A DNA stretch of 63,700 nt, the filler included, from Octopus bimaculoides (lineage: Eukaryota), in the NCBI RefSeq assembly GCF_001194135.2. It is 9 parts of 8 records of this genome, joined end to end, with 100 filler letters (N's around TTAATTAATTAA, not from the genome) between each part and the next. Parts side by side here need not be neighbours in the genome. Positions count along the whole stretch, not along the records: positions 8,452 to 18,682 come from NC_068986.1; positions 18,783 to 22,455 come from NC_068982.1; positions 22,556 to 26,537 come from NC_068991.1; positions 26,638 to 47,724 come from NC_068994.1; 5 more parts are not named here. The stretch is one strand, 5' to 3'. Within the stretch, counting starts at the first letter, position 1; every line of letters starts with the position of its first letter. Shown here piece after piece: positions 13,426 through 26,879 of the stretch. The notes below the pieces were generated by a model. The model saw only the letters and a list, made by a program, of their open reading frames with translations, did no database searches and was not told the DNA's origin. The position numbers and the translations under genes were made by a program.

Positions 13426-14086
13426 GTATATTTACCGTCAAGAAAACTAGGCTATGTGGATTGTATATTTACCGTCAAGAAAACTAGGCTATGTGGATTG
13501 TATATTTACCGTCAAGAAAACTAGGCTATGTGGATTGTATATTTACCGTCAAGAAAACTAGGCTATGTGGATTGTATATTTACCGTCAANNNNNNNNNNN
13601 NNNNNNNNNNNNNNNNNNNNNNNNNNNNNNNNNNNNNNNNNNNNNNNNNNNNNNNNNNNNNNNNNNNNNNNNNNNNNNNNNNNNNNNNNNNNNNNNNNNN
13701 NNNNNNNNNNNNNNNNNNNNNNNNNNNNNNNNNNNNNNNNNNNNNNNNNNNNNNNNNNNNNNNNNNNNNNNNNNNNNNNNNNNNNNNNNNNNNNNNNNNN
13801 NNNNNNNNNNNNNNNNNNNNNNNNNNNNNNNNNNNNNNNNNNNNNNNNNNNNNNNNNNNNNNNNNNNNNNNNNNNNNNNNNNNNNNNNNNNNNNNNNNNN
13901 NGATTGTATATTTACCGTCAAGAAAACTAGGCTATGTGGATTGTATATTTACCGTCAAGAAAACTAGGCTATGTGGATTGTATATTTACCGTCAAGAAAG
14001 CTAGGCCATGTGGATTGTATATTTACCGTCAAGAAAGCTAGGCCATGTGGATTGTATATTTACCGTCAAGAAAGCTAGGCCATGTG
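13426..14086 (+). repeat. 37-bp tandem array inside Gypsy pol (GTATATTTACCGTCAAGAAAACTAGGCTATGTGGATT)
   Basis: About 9 units visible across a gap; span fits ~18 units. Confidence 0.95.
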
Positions 14087-15488
14087 CACGACTGATACCG
14101 AAACAATGCGAGTCATTCGAAGATACAGTAGTCGCAGCTTTAAGAGCAGAAGGAGAAATAAAAAAATGTAATGTGGTACGCGAATTACTGGTAACCTTAG
14201 AAGACAAAGCGAATTGTGGAAAGGACAAATTCATAAAAGAAGTGAAAAGAACACTGTGATCAGGGAAAGTAAATAAGGACAGGATTGGTGCGAAATGAAA
14301 CTAAGACGTGAACCTACACTTAATTTGTGATAGCTTACTAATGTATGCACAGAGAGTAGTGATGCCTGAAACACTACAAAAGAAACTGTTGAGGGAATTC
14401 CATGTTGGACATCCTGGTATTTCGAGGATGAAAGCTAGGTGTACTGGCCAAAAATGGACAGTGAAATCGAAAGTTTTGTGAAAGGCTGTAGAGGATATGC
14501 TCTAGCAGGAAAATTACCGAAGATAAACAGTGAATCTTGGCCAAATGAAAATGTTCTGTGGTCGAGACTACACATCGATTTCGTTGATCCTTTAAACGAT
14601 TCATACTACTTAGTGGTAGTTGATAATTTCTCTAAATCATCAGAAATTTGTAAGTGTAAAACGCAACCTCCTAAACTATGACATTTTTTTACATGAGCTA
14701 TTTGCGAAATTTGGAATCCCAGACACGGTAGTGTCTGACAATGGAACATAATTTGTTTCTTTTCAATTTAAAAACAGCTCCGTAAAACGTTTGCTGTAGA
14801 ACATGTAACTACAGCGCCATACCATCCCAGATTTAACTGATAAGCGAAATGTTTTGTTTATACGTTTAAGATAGCCCTAAGGAAGTCGAATAAGGAAGTC
14901 ACGGATGAGGTAACTCAACAACAATTCTTAAGAGTACACCGTGTGTCATCAAATTCAAATACACCAGCAGTTATGTCACCAGCGGAGCTGATGCTTGCGG
15001 GGAAAATAAAATCAATCTTCGACAAATTGCTACGGGGCAAGTGAAGAAAAATTGCAAAGGAAAATACAGCAAGATTTTTGAAAATGGGTGAAACGATGTT
15101 TGTGAGGGCATATAAGAATGGAAAACAGAGTTGAAAAGAATGCGTGATTACTAAACGCATAGGAAAAATGCTATACTTGGTAAAATGTAGAAAGGACGTT
15201 TACAAGTGACACGACATCGAGCCCAAGAGAACGAAAGGACGAATGAAATGGTCATATGATAGTTGTCAAGTACCAATGCCACTACAGGAGATTGAACCCA
15301 GACACACAAGCGTAAGAAAAAGAAAATGTACGGAGTTCCTGGAAGTCGATGCCAAACGGGAAAAATATTAAATGTGTAACTAAGAAAAAAAAACTCAAAA
15401 AGGGATGTGGGGTGATATAGAAAGTATTGCTATTAAAAGAAATAAAATGACACTTTTTACAAAAAAAAGAAAAATTTAAAAGGCGAGA

Positions 15489-15695
15489 TGTTGTGGGGAT
15501 AATAGTAATAATGATACACCCCTCCCACGTGACGAGAGGTATGTGCTAGTCGCTATAAATAAGGTGACGTCGGTCAGTATAGGCTGAGAACACAAAGTAT
15601 ACGGTCATAGATAGTCGTGGTCTTTACTTGTCTTACTAACTATACTGCTATACCAGATTCGGCGTTATAGCAATCAGACATTAAGGATTACAACA
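15489..15695 (+). mobile_element. Gypsy 3' LTR (207 bp)
   Basis: TGTTGT...ACAACA termini, purine tract AAAAGGCGAGA immediately upstream, internal TATAAATAA. Confidence 0.85.
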
Positions 15696-15699
15696 ATTT

Positions 15700-15925
15700 G
15701 AAAATCGAAGAGAAGGAAGATAACTAATCGATATCCGAATTATAACTCACGTTTATATCAAAAATAATTGGAGCATTTGGTTTTGTAAGTAAATAACTAA
15801 CTGTCAGCATGGATAGGCTTAAATGTTCAGAAAAAAATATGAACTTTCTTATTCGAACGTTATAAATACAATCTTTAAGCGGGACAGTAAAATTATGTAA
15901 GACTTTTCTCTGGTTTAAAATGTGA
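15700..15925 (+). mobile_element. R4/Dong-clade LINE C-terminal remnant
   Basis: IIGAFGFVSK...IQSLSGTVKLCKTFL resembles the C-terminus of RLE-type ORFs. Confidence 0.6.
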
Positions 15926-16389
15926 CGTTTTCTTCACTTTTATTCGAAAGATGGATCTTTGTATCTTTGTTAGGAAGCATCCCCTTCTCCAGAGGAAGAA
16001 TTTAAATAAGTAGATACAAAAGAGACACATACATACATACAAAAATGGATATAGGTTATGTAACAACATATTTGGATTAAAATCTAGAAATCTTGGAGTT
16101 ACCCAAGTAAGAACATATTAAACTGAATAAAATTCTACATTTACATTCGATAAATAGTACAGACAATATTTGTTATACATTCTTAGAATTTTACATTTGA
16201 GGAATTCTGAACCGAACTCGTTCACGCTACCCCGTATGTCACACATGTGTCTGACATATGCACAAACGTACAAACAAACAACAAATAAACAAACAATAAA
16301 GAGGTATACACTCTTGCGTCAGAAAGTGACATACACATCAAAAACATGCACGCTTTCTTAAAAATGAACATATTCACAAATCCAAGGAA

Positions 16390-17060
16390 CAGTTTGCTTG
16401 AAGAGACTCTTAAAGAAATTGGAACATTTCATCATACATATGCAATGATTACGCCGGTAGCATCAATGGGGTTGGGTGCTTGACATGCGCAAATCGTTCT
16501 CGATGTTGGACATAATTTTCGTTATGTCGGTCTTGAGAGATTGCATGTGATTTGGGGTTGTTGATCGTCCTCTCTCTCTCGACCACGACTCATATGTAAT
16601 AGGTAAGTAGATTTGAAGCCTGGTGAGCTAGGTCATGTGCCTAGGATAACACGATCGTGGAAATTGGTACGCATCCACGCATGGTTTGTCATTGCCTCAA
16701 GAGACGGTAAATAATGTTGTTGGTGCACGTACACTTTTTGTTGCATACTCTGTCTATCCAGGGCCTCCCAATATTCTTCAAGACCTCTGTGTAGATAACT
16801 CGTAAGCCCTGTGAAAAAAAGAAAACATCGAGGAAAGATTGTCTTCTCCGTCGTTGCTGAGGACTCCTAAAACCATCGCAGTTGCTGGGAACTTAGGATG
16901 AATGACAGTTGGAACTTCATTTAGGCCTCTGCATAAATATCTATCTTCCTTCGGTTTACCGTTTGGATCTGATCGAAGTTTTTCTCATCGGTGAAAAACG
17001 AAAACTTTTGAGGCCTTTGTAGTTTTAACTAGTTTAGCAAGCACTTTGCACGGATCCAAC
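16390..17060 (-). mobile_element. Decayed maT (DD37D Tc1/mariner) transposase fragment
   Basis: FFTDEKNFDQ, VLGVLSNDG, PWIDRVCN, PSSPGFKS-like remnants; colinear with 27579-28814. Confidence 0.8.
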
Positions 17061-17225
17061 AATTCTCTTGTACCCCTCCACATTACATACAATTTTCTTG
17101 TATCCCTCCACATTACATACGATTTGTACTGTATGTCCTCAAGCAGGATTTATTTATGAAAAAAATTAGTTCTTGAAAGATGTGTTGTCAAAAAAACTGA
17201 CGCATCCTATATATATGTATATTTA

Positions 17226-17278
<53 letters not shown>

Positions 17279-18782
17279 GTCTGTCTGTCTGTCTGTCTGT
17301 CTTTCTGTCTGTCTGTCTTTCTATCTATTTATCTATGTAAGTATCTATCAGTGATATTATCCATTATGGTGTGTAGATGGTGGAAAAACTGTTTTTAGAA
17401 GAGAAAAAATAGCGTACGTCTTTTAGTCATTTATAAAAAAACAAGAAAGGTTGAAGCAAAATGTGAGAGAAAGAAGCATTTAATACACTGATAAACATAT
17501 GTGATTAAGGCATAATGCGACTAATCATGTAAGTAACTAATTATGTAATTCCAGTGCAGAGGTAGAAACCATTCTTTCCACTTCTCTACAAGCCATAAAA
17601 GGATCCTTTACTCCACAGCTGGTACTTTATAGCATGTCGTTATTATCCCATTAAATTATGGAATAATAAAAACTGAGATATATTGTCACCAACTGTTTAC
17701 TAATACTGGCGATGTTACATTAGATATAAATACGCAACGTTTTTGTATTCGTCATTCTTTCAAGTTTCTTTGGTGCTTTCTCCTTTTGAAATATGTAAGT
17801 GAACCTTTAACGATATTTTCTTTTCACAAGAAATTCGTAAGAAGTATTTCCATTACTATTTTGAATTATAGCTTAGATAATCTTTTAAAACAGGCTTTAT
17901 TCTTTCATTTTTTGTTATAAATGGTTATTCAATATTTATGTTGTGTCTGCGGAGAGTTATATTCTCTTAATGCCCTATTATCTAACACACTCACTGGTTC
18001 GATTTCCACTCATTTATTACTTATATTTTTTCTTCCAAAATTTTAGTTCATTTTACAACCTTTTCAATGGATGTTGACTTAGTCGTTATAGAAGCTGTGT
18101 GGTTCTATTGTTTGTTTGTGTACATACATTTGTGTGTCAGCGTGCATGCATGCTTGTGTATGCACATATGTATGCATGTATGTACGTATGCATGTAAGTA
18201 TTATGTATGTACGTATGTATGTATATATATATATGTCTCCATGTATGTATGTATGAGTCTGTATGCATATATCTATGCATGCATGTATGTATGTATGAAC
18301 CTGTATGCATATATGCAAGTATCCGTGTGTGTACTTATGTATGTATTCTGCATATTCATGTGTTTGTATGTGCATGTTTGTGTGTTTGTGTGTATGTGTC
18401 GTGTGTGTGTCTGTTTGTGTGCTTCTGTCTCCTTGTGTGTGCGAGTTGAGTGTGTCTATATGTATGAACGTGTGTGTGGATTGTGTGTGTGTGTGTGCTT
18501 GTCTCTGTGTATTATTTATGGACTTGTCTCTCTACTTAAAAACTATACAAGACTTTTCTCAGGTTAAAAATGTAATAATGTTTTCGTTATCTAAATGCCA
18601 ACGATGGAGCTTTGTATCTTTGTGAGAAACCAGCCCCCTCTTCAGAGAAAGAAATCAGATGATTAAATACAGAAGAGGCATANNNNNNNNNNNNNNNNNN
18701 NNNNNNNNNNNNNNNNNNNNNNNNNNTTAATTAATTAANNNNNNNNNNNNNNNNNNNNNNNNNNNNNNNNNNNNNNNNNNNN

Positions 18783-18820
<38 letters not shown>

Positions 18821-19250
18821 GCATACACATACATATCCATACATACACATGTTTGTGTAATTGAATGTGTGTGTGAGTTTATGTTTGCATCTATGATTCT
18901 TTATGTGTATTTATCAATCTATGTATAACGTCTATGTTGTATATAGTTTATTTCAGAGGAAACAAATTAGCGCTGTATTTACTTGCCGACAGGGATTTCA
19001 CTCCAGATGATGGAATCAGTTTTCTAGAAGGCAAATCCGATTATGTCATTTACTGAAGTACCACTCCGTTTTAGATACTTCACCTAATTGTCACACCGCC
19101 ACATTCCGTCACTATTAACTATTTTGTGATAATTTTATTTCATTTTCCAATTTCGAATTTTCATGACTTTCTCTTTCAGCGTCTTTTATAATTTCCACAT
19201 ACATACATACATACATACATACACGCATGCATAATGCATACACACATACA

Positions 19251-19285
<35 letters not shown>

Positions 19286-19485
19286 CCACACACGCATATA
19301 CATGCATATATAAACGTACGTATATATACATATATGACTGCGCAACCAGATAAGCACTGAAACTGTGCTTGTAGTCTGACTTTCCGCGGTTGGTGATTTC
19401 CATATTTCTTTGTCATTCGTTCTTTCTTCGTTAATCGTTTCCACGTTCTATTTTGAATTACACACACACACACACACACACACAC

Positions 19486-19860
19486 GATGGACTCTCCCGT
19501 CGGTTTCGACGTATGTGGATCCGACAACCTCTGCTTTGTTAGTCAGAATGCTTACCTCGAATGTGACATTCGCCCACGATTTGCAAAGAAACCCACAAAT
19601 GTTGCAAGTATGAGGATTACAGATCAATGCAGACGGTATATTTGAAGCCGCGTTTCTCTTTTGCCTCACACCCCTAATCCTGTTAATGGTGGTTGAAACA
19701 AAGTCTCTAATACCTTTTTGATACGACGTTCTCCATTTTGTTCGCTTCAAGTTTCTTTGCTGAAAAATGTTGTAAGCTATGACTGCTGAGAATTTACTCT
19801 TCAGCTTGTCTTTATATCTCAACGAGTTGTTCTTGTTACAGAAATAGGTTGTATAAAGTA
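19486..19860 (-). mobile_element. RTE-clade LINE 3' end with (TG)n tail
   Basis: RYKDKLK...RTKWRTSYQKG...CNICGFLCKS; ends GTCGAAACCGACGGGAGAGTCCATCG-(TG)n. Confidence 0.85.
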
Positions 19861-20129
19861 TAGCACTACAATGTGGTATTGAGTACTTCTTTTCAATTCC
19901 ATTAAAATCAACGATATGTGATAGAAATGGAAGTAAACAGAGGGAAGACGCCCTATAACTTTCCAGCTCATGAGGAAAGGTTGCTTATGGGTCTTAAACC
20001 CCTCTTCTCCATCCTCAGACTCACAGACCCTCTGTATTAATAGTTTTTAAAACCCATTTCCATCACTGCCGATGGACATATAATGATAAGTATGTATGCA
20101 TGTATGCATATATGCATGTATATATGTAA

Positions 20130-20167
<38 letters not shown>

Positions 20168-20603
20168 TATATTTACGCGTGTATGAACACACACACGCAT
20201 TCACACACACACCCACACATACACACACACACACACATANNNNNNNNNNNNNNNNNNNNNNNNNNNNNNNNNNNNNNNNNNNNNNNNNNNNNNNNNNNNN
20301 NNNNNNNNNNNNNNNNNNNNNNNNNNNNNNNNNNNNNNNNNNNNNNNNNNNNNNNNNNNNNNNNNNNNNNNNNNNNNNNNNNNNNNNNNTAAATCTCCTC
20401 CCACTAATAATTTTAATAATTTATTCATTAGAAATTTGTTTCCCGTATTTTTTTCTCTCTCATTAAAACGTAGTATTTTTCTCTTATTTTTTCTTTGGAA
20501 TGCTGTAAAATGTGTTTACACATCTAATTAAACCATTTCAAATATTATCAAAACTTAATTAGACATACATATTTACCAAACCACACATATGCTACTTGTT
20601 TTT

Positions 20604-20642
<39 letters not shown>

Positions 20643-20769
20643 TTTTGTATACGTTTGTATGTGTGTGTGTGTTTTAGATGTATACACTGAAGTGAAAAGG
20701 CACTACGACTTGATATGTCACTGGCGAGCGAAAATACTAACACACTAAGGAAGATGCAGTAAGTATTTC

Positions 20770-20958
20770 AACGACATAGTTTTATGTGGTAGTTCTGACA
20801 AGTCACTCGGTTTAACAGGACAAAATTACAGATCCTGAGAAAGCCAATCTGCGCAGCATGCAGGAGATTTTGGTGGAAAGAAGGGTAAGACTAGCAGGTC
20901 ATATTTTCCGGCTGCCAGAAGGACGAATAAATAAGTTAGCTACACTATAGGTACCACT
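20770..20958 (+). mobile_element. RTE-clade LINE fragment (post-RT region)
   Basis: QDKIT...ANLRSMQEILVERRVRLAGHIFRLPEGR. Confidence 0.7.
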
Positions 20959-20962
20959 AGAG

Positions 20963-21115
20963 CAATGGTTCTCAATCAGGGTCCTTATGATTCTTGGTGG
21001 TTTATGTAGGATTTTGTTGGTGGTCTATGTCAGATTTTGTTGTTAAAATTTATGTGCAATAAATTGGCTATATTTCTATATAAATTGGCTATATTATATA
21101 AATAAAAACTTAGCA
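20963..21115 (+). mobile_element. hAT-type MITE fragment
   Basis: CAATGGTTCTCAATCAGGG end; inner sequence matches the right half of 38889-39145 in reverse. Confidence 0.55.
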
Positions 21116-21860
21116 TATCAGACTTCTCACAGAACAGGTTTCGCAGAATCGAGGCATATGGTAGTTGCAGATTCACGAACTCGTGTAGCTAAGTTATGGC
21201 ATGATGATGATGTGGAGGGTGATTATGCTGATGAATACAACAATAATTACAGCAGCAATTTATTAATTTCTAACATGGGCAGTAGGTTACAAATCTACTT
21301 TTCATTTTGTTTTTGGCGGATAGTGTATCGTCAATTAAGTCGATTTAAGAATCGTACTTATTTTGTTGCCACATGGTGGTGAAAGGCAAAAAACATTAAC
21401 CGGTCGCATTCTAACTCACTTGAAACGGTATTAAAGTATTACTAATACGAGTATTCCAGTAATTTTTAAAGAAAATTAAGAAGCAGTGGGTGTCCACAAA
21501 TGAAGACATATCGATAAAACCTTCAATGGAAGCATGTTGAAAAAAAAGTATTAAGCCGCATAGCAGTAACGGTATATGAAACACACACACATATACAAGG
21601 GAAAAGAGAGAGTGAGAGAGAGATAGAATGAGAGATAGAGAGAGTAAGTGAGAATGAGTATGTGAGTGTGTGTGTATGTGTGTGAGGGAGAGAAAAACCA
21701 AGCAGACGTTAGATGCAGATGCCTGTATATTTTGCTTTGATGGAGTTGAAGAAATCTGTGTTAATATGGAATATGCTTTCAGCTTGTCGATTGCGCTTAT
21801 TGATTGTAGTGAGGTCTGTATGTATATGCGTATATGTATTTATGTATATATGAATGAACG

Positions 21861-21897
<37 letters not shown>

Positions 21898-22212
21898 GTA
21901 CACACATAGACACACACACATCTACACAGAGGGATGTGCATGTATTTTTGTGTGCCTGAAATAGATGTTAGTGTTGCTGCAGTCAGTGAGATTTGCACAT
22001 CCTGTCTGCCAGATACAATGTGTGGTTACTAAATTGCAGATCATCTTGCGCTCTCCGACAAGAAACAGGTGCTTTTTTTTTTTTGTTTTTTTTTTGTATG
22101 AGCTAGGGTTAAAGTCAAAAAAATTTCGCTGATGTTAATGGTTAGTTAACGTGTGGAAGACTACCGTCGTTGAAATCGTCGTTCATTTCTGTGTTAAGTT
22201 TGTGAGTATTTT

Positions 22213-22455
22213 GGTGATTTGAAGATGTGTTGTGATTTGAAGATGTGTAGTGATTTGAAGATGTGTTGTGATTTGAAGATGGGTTGTGATTTGAAGATGT
22301 GTTGTGATTTGAAGATGTGTTGTGATTTGAAGATGGGTTGTGATTTGAAGATGTGTAGTGATTTGAAGATGTGTTGTGATTTGAAGATGTGTAGTGATTT
22401 GAAGATGTGTTGTGATTTGAAGATGTGTTGTGATTTGAAGATGTGTAGTGATTTG
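22213..22455 (+). repeat. 18-bp minisatellite (TGTGATTTGAAGATGTGT and variants), about 13 copies, runs into a gap
   Basis: Read directly; produces the MCCDLK repeat ORF. Confidence 0.95.
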
Positions 22456-22613
22456 NNNNNNNNNNNNNNNNNNNNNNNNNNNNNNNNNNNNNNNNNNNNT
22501 TAATTAATTAANNNNNNNNNNNNNNNNNNNNNNNNNNNNNNNNNNNNNNNNNNNNCAAGTAGTTCAGTATGAAAAAACCTTTATCGGTAAAACCATTTAT
22601 CATCATATTCTTG

Positions 22614-22644
<31 letters not shown>

Positions 22645-23073
22645 TAATTTACAGTGTTAATAGGTCAGACTGTTTGGTATCATTTCGCTCTCCACACTGT
22701 CACACACTGATATTATTGATGATGTACTGCCATTTCTCACATTTACACCTTACCTGCCACGATATTCATTCGCCAGTAAATTATACTCTAATCATCTTAA
22801 ACCCACTACGAATGAATATGATATCTCTGAGGATAAGATAAGGCCGACCTTGTCTCAATATATATTACTTTACCTTATGCAGTCATTCTGTTTATGTGTG
22901 TGCGCGTATGCGCGTGTTTGTATGTATGTGTGAGTATGTATATATGTATGTACGTATGTACGTGCGCATGTATGTATGTATGTATGTCTAGCTGCCTCAC
23001 TACTCTTCGAAAAGTGCAACTGACAGTGCACTTTTGAGACTGTGGCTACTATCTTTTTTTGCTATATTTAGCT

Positions 23074-23126
<53 letters not shown>

Positions 23127-23861
23127 NNNNNNNNNNNNNNNNNNNNNNNNNNNNNNNNNNNNNNNNNNNNNNNNNNNNNNNNNNNNNNNNNNNNNNNNNN
23201 NNNNNNNNNNNNNNNNNNNNNNNNNNNNNNNNNNNNNNNNNNNNNNNNNNNNNNNNNNNNNNNNNNNNNNNNNNNNNNNNNNNNNNNNNNNNNNNNNNNN
23301 NNNNNNNNNNNNNNNNNNNNNNNNNNNNNNNNNNNNNNNNNNNNNNNNNNNNNNNNNNNNNNNNNNNNNNNNNNNNNNNNNNNNNNNNNNNNNNNNNNNN
23401 NNNNNNNNNNNNNNNNNNNNNNNNNNNNNNNNNNNNNNNNNNNNNNNNNNNNNNNNNNNNNNNNNNNNNNNNNNNNNNNNNNNNNNNNNNNNNNNNNNNN
23501 NNNNNNNNNNNNNNNNNNNNNNNNNNNNNNNNNNNNNNNNNNNNNNNNNNNNNNNNNNNNNNNNNNNNNNNNNNNNNNNNNNNNNNNNNNNNNNNNNNNN
23601 NNNNNNNNNNNNNNNNNNNNNNNNNNNNNNNNNNNNNNNNNNNNNNNNNNNNNNNNNNNNNNNNNNNNNNNNNNNNNNNNNNNNNNNNNNNNNNNNNNNN
23701 NNNNNNNNNNNNNNNNNNNNNNNNNNNNNNNNNNNNNNNNNNNNNNNNNNNNNNNNNNNNNNNNNNNNNNNNNNATTATATATTATATACTATATTATAT
23801 ATATATATATAATATATATATTCATACATACATGCACACATCTATATGTATTTATGTGTGT

Positions 23862-23896
<35 letters not shown>

Positions 23897-24369
23897 ACCT
23901 AATTAGTAGAAAAAGTGCATTTAATGACGATGTGTCAATTAAGACGAAACATAAAATGAATAGTGAGCAATGAGCGATAATGAACATTCAATTAATGGAC
24001 ACCGTTTTGACTACAATACAACGAATGGCAGATCAGCGAAAACAAAACGATTGTGTCTCGTTGTGAAATCTTCGTTTTGTCTTGCTTTTGTTGCTGATCG
24101 AAGCATCATACAGGCTAGCAATTCGCTTTCTCTCTTCTCTCTCCCTTCACACGTTCACGCTGAAACAAATACTCACAGGCACATACGAACGCACATATGT
24201 ACATATATTAATTTACGATATTCGTATGAAACTCGTGACTATCGTGTCATCAACTGTTTGCATACAAATATTTATTCTATATAATGTACTGAGTGCTCGT
24301 TCTTTTTATTTCTCTATTATTTCTCAATTCCTGCTCCTCCTCCTCTCTCTCCCTTTTTCTCTCCCTCTC

Positions 24370-24411
<42 letters not shown>

Positions 24412-24584
24412 AGCATAGTGGAATCATAGGGTTGTACCCTTACAACTCTATGACCCCACTGTGCTCCATGCGATTTTTAGTAGGTGTAGTCTATTCTTAG
24501 CTACAATAGCAACAACATGAATGTCTTCCATCGTCTTTCTCTGTTAAAATATTTAAGTAAAGATATATTAAAATATCCTACTTG

Positions 24585-24887
24585 TTAAAATTCCATTTAT
24601 TTATTTGTACAGCTTGAATTTAAGTTGATCTAATGATGTAATGATTGTATTGTTCAATTAAATGGAGCTGCTTGAAACGGTCGTACACCATTACTATTTG
24701 ATATCCTGTTGCTTATTTTGATTTTATATATCTTCGGAAACAGCAGACATAGGACATTTTTTTCCTTTTCCTTCCTTTTCTATTGAACTTTCCTATGTCT
24801 GCTGTTTCCGAAGATATATAAAATCAAAATAAGCAACAGGATATCAAACAGTAATGGTGTACGACCGTTTCAAGCAGCTCCATTTAA
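24585..24887. repeat. Palindrome with 97-bp arms (24658-24754 / 24791-24887), 36-bp spacer; right arm cut by a gap
   Basis: Arms differ at one position by eye. Confidence 0.9.
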
Positions 24888-25018
24888 NNNNNNNNNNNNN
24901 NNNNNNNNNNNNNNNNNNNNNNNNNNNNNNNNNNNNNNNNNNNNNNNNNNNNNNNNNNNNNNNNNNNNNNNNNNNNNNNNNNNNNNNNNNNNNNNNNNNN
25001 NNNNNNNNNNNNNNNNNN

Positions 25019-25060
<42 letters not shown>

Positions 25061-26637
25061 GAGGGGAGATATTTATAATCCAAGCTCTCTCATCAGTAAT
25101 TCGTGTAGAAGGAAGATATGTTATATTTAATCTAATGATAAAAGGACCTTTTCGCAAAGCCAAAATATGTATATCCAGCAGGCATGATTTATTATTAACT
25201 CACGGAGTTAATAATCATTCAGTTGACGAAAAGAGAAGCTAAATCGATATTACATACGTTTCCGTAAACTTGTCATTTATTCCATATTGCATATAACAAC
25301 GCTATGCAATATACGCAACATATGCAGTATATGCAATATATGCGGCATATATAATAATATTTCATCAACAGATTTATTATCAATCAGATAAGACTTCAGT
25401 CAGTTAATCAAAGTAAATCTGCAAATCTGCACCAGTCGCTTTTTAGATTTGGTTTTTTCTCTTATTTACATTCACTGTTTGAGTCTTTCACGAAAAAATG
25501 AATGTCACAGCATCACATCATCATCTTACTTTCACTCAGTATATAAGGCCTTCTTTTTTACTCTTCTGGTCAAAACGTTACCATCATATTTCTGCTGACT
25601 GTTCTTTGATAAAGATTCTTTTTTCTGGCAGCTGTAATCGCGTTATCATTTTCCAATTTTCTATTGATTTGGTTTGATTTCCATATGCTGCTTCATTCTC
25701 TCAAAACAGTTGTTTTTGTACTAGACTGCCTAATTATATCTGTCTTTATTCCCTTATCTTTACATACCATATTTGCTGGTTACATTAACAATGCGATGAG
25801 TTGGCAGTTTTTAAAACTTCGGATAGAATGCGTCGCAGTATTCATTCCAACTATCTCTCTGAGTTCAAATCGTACTGTGGTAAGCAATGCATTTCAAACT
25901 TTCAAGGTCGGTAATTAAAATAACATATTAATCCAGTATAGGAGCCGATAGATTTTTCCCTCCCCCCTCTAGAAAAACTCGACTATATTCAGACATGGAG
26001 AGGAATGGATTTGAATAACCTAAACATGCCGTATGTCACATCAATGCCCCTAAGACTCAATCACGACTTTTAGGTGCTCAAGAAGGGAAGATTACTCAAA
26101 TAATTATGTAACGCATATTTTCAGGAGGTTAATTAGGAGTTACTTACAGTTAAATTTCTTGTATCCATCCTTATATTTTGAATATTTTATCAAGCTATCT
26201 CTTCTAATGTATTGCAAATTATATATTTTTTTTTCTGGTTGTTCTTGTCATTAATGCCGCTTTCAATGTTTTGATGTCGTTAATTTTATGGTCGTCATAG
26301 TTGGTTTTGTTGTTTTTATTTTATAACCAACGTTGTTGTTGTTGTTGTTGTTCTATGCATAGATATCTCTTAATTTTAATTCATCATCGTTATGTTGTGC
26401 GTTTATTTTTTACATATACAAAACAAGAAATGAATTCATCGTTGCAAGCCAAACGAATTAATCAATAGTCAATTAATATAGTAGTTAGCTAGCCTGCTGA
26501 ATACACAAGCATACACACACACACACACACACACACANNNNNNNNNNNNNNNNNNNNNNNNNNNNNNNNNNNNNNNNNNNNTTAATTAATTAANNNNNNN
26601 NNNNNNNNNNNNNNNNNNNNNNNNNNNNNNNNNNNNN

Positions 26638-26879
26638 GTGGTGTGCAAGAGAGACGATTGCGCTGGTATGGACATGTGGTGAGAATGGATGAGGATAGCT
26701 GTGTGAAAAAGTGCCACACCCTAACAGTTGAGGGAACCCGTGGAAGAGGTAGGCCCAGGAAGACCTGGGCTGAGGTGGTAAGGCAAGACCTTCGTACATT
26801 GGGCCTCACTGAGGCAATGACTACTGACCGAGACCTTTGGAAATGTGCTGTGCGTGAGAAGACCCGGCAAGCCAAGTAA
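26638..26879 (+). mobile_element. RTE-clade LINE 3' end, relatively intact
   Basis: ERRLRWYGHVVRMDEDSCVKKC...EGTRGRGRPRKTWAEVVRQDLRTLGL...DRDLWK. Confidence 0.92.

Larger units (their letters stand above)
12913..15695 (+). mobile_element. pol: 5'-truncated Ty3/Gypsy LTR retrotransposon: RT connection, RNase H, integrase, PPT and 3' LTR; pseudogenised
   Basis: TDANNYGAG...[26 protein letters not shown] (RNase H), HVGHPGI and YWPKMDSEIESFVKGCRGY (degenerate integrase zinc finger), WSRLHIDF, GIPDTVVSDNGT-like core; RNase H-integrase order. Confidence 0.95.

Noticed and set aside
13426-14086. CRISPR-like array
   Set aside because: Head-to-tail repeats without unique spacers, derived from pol, in a eukaryote.
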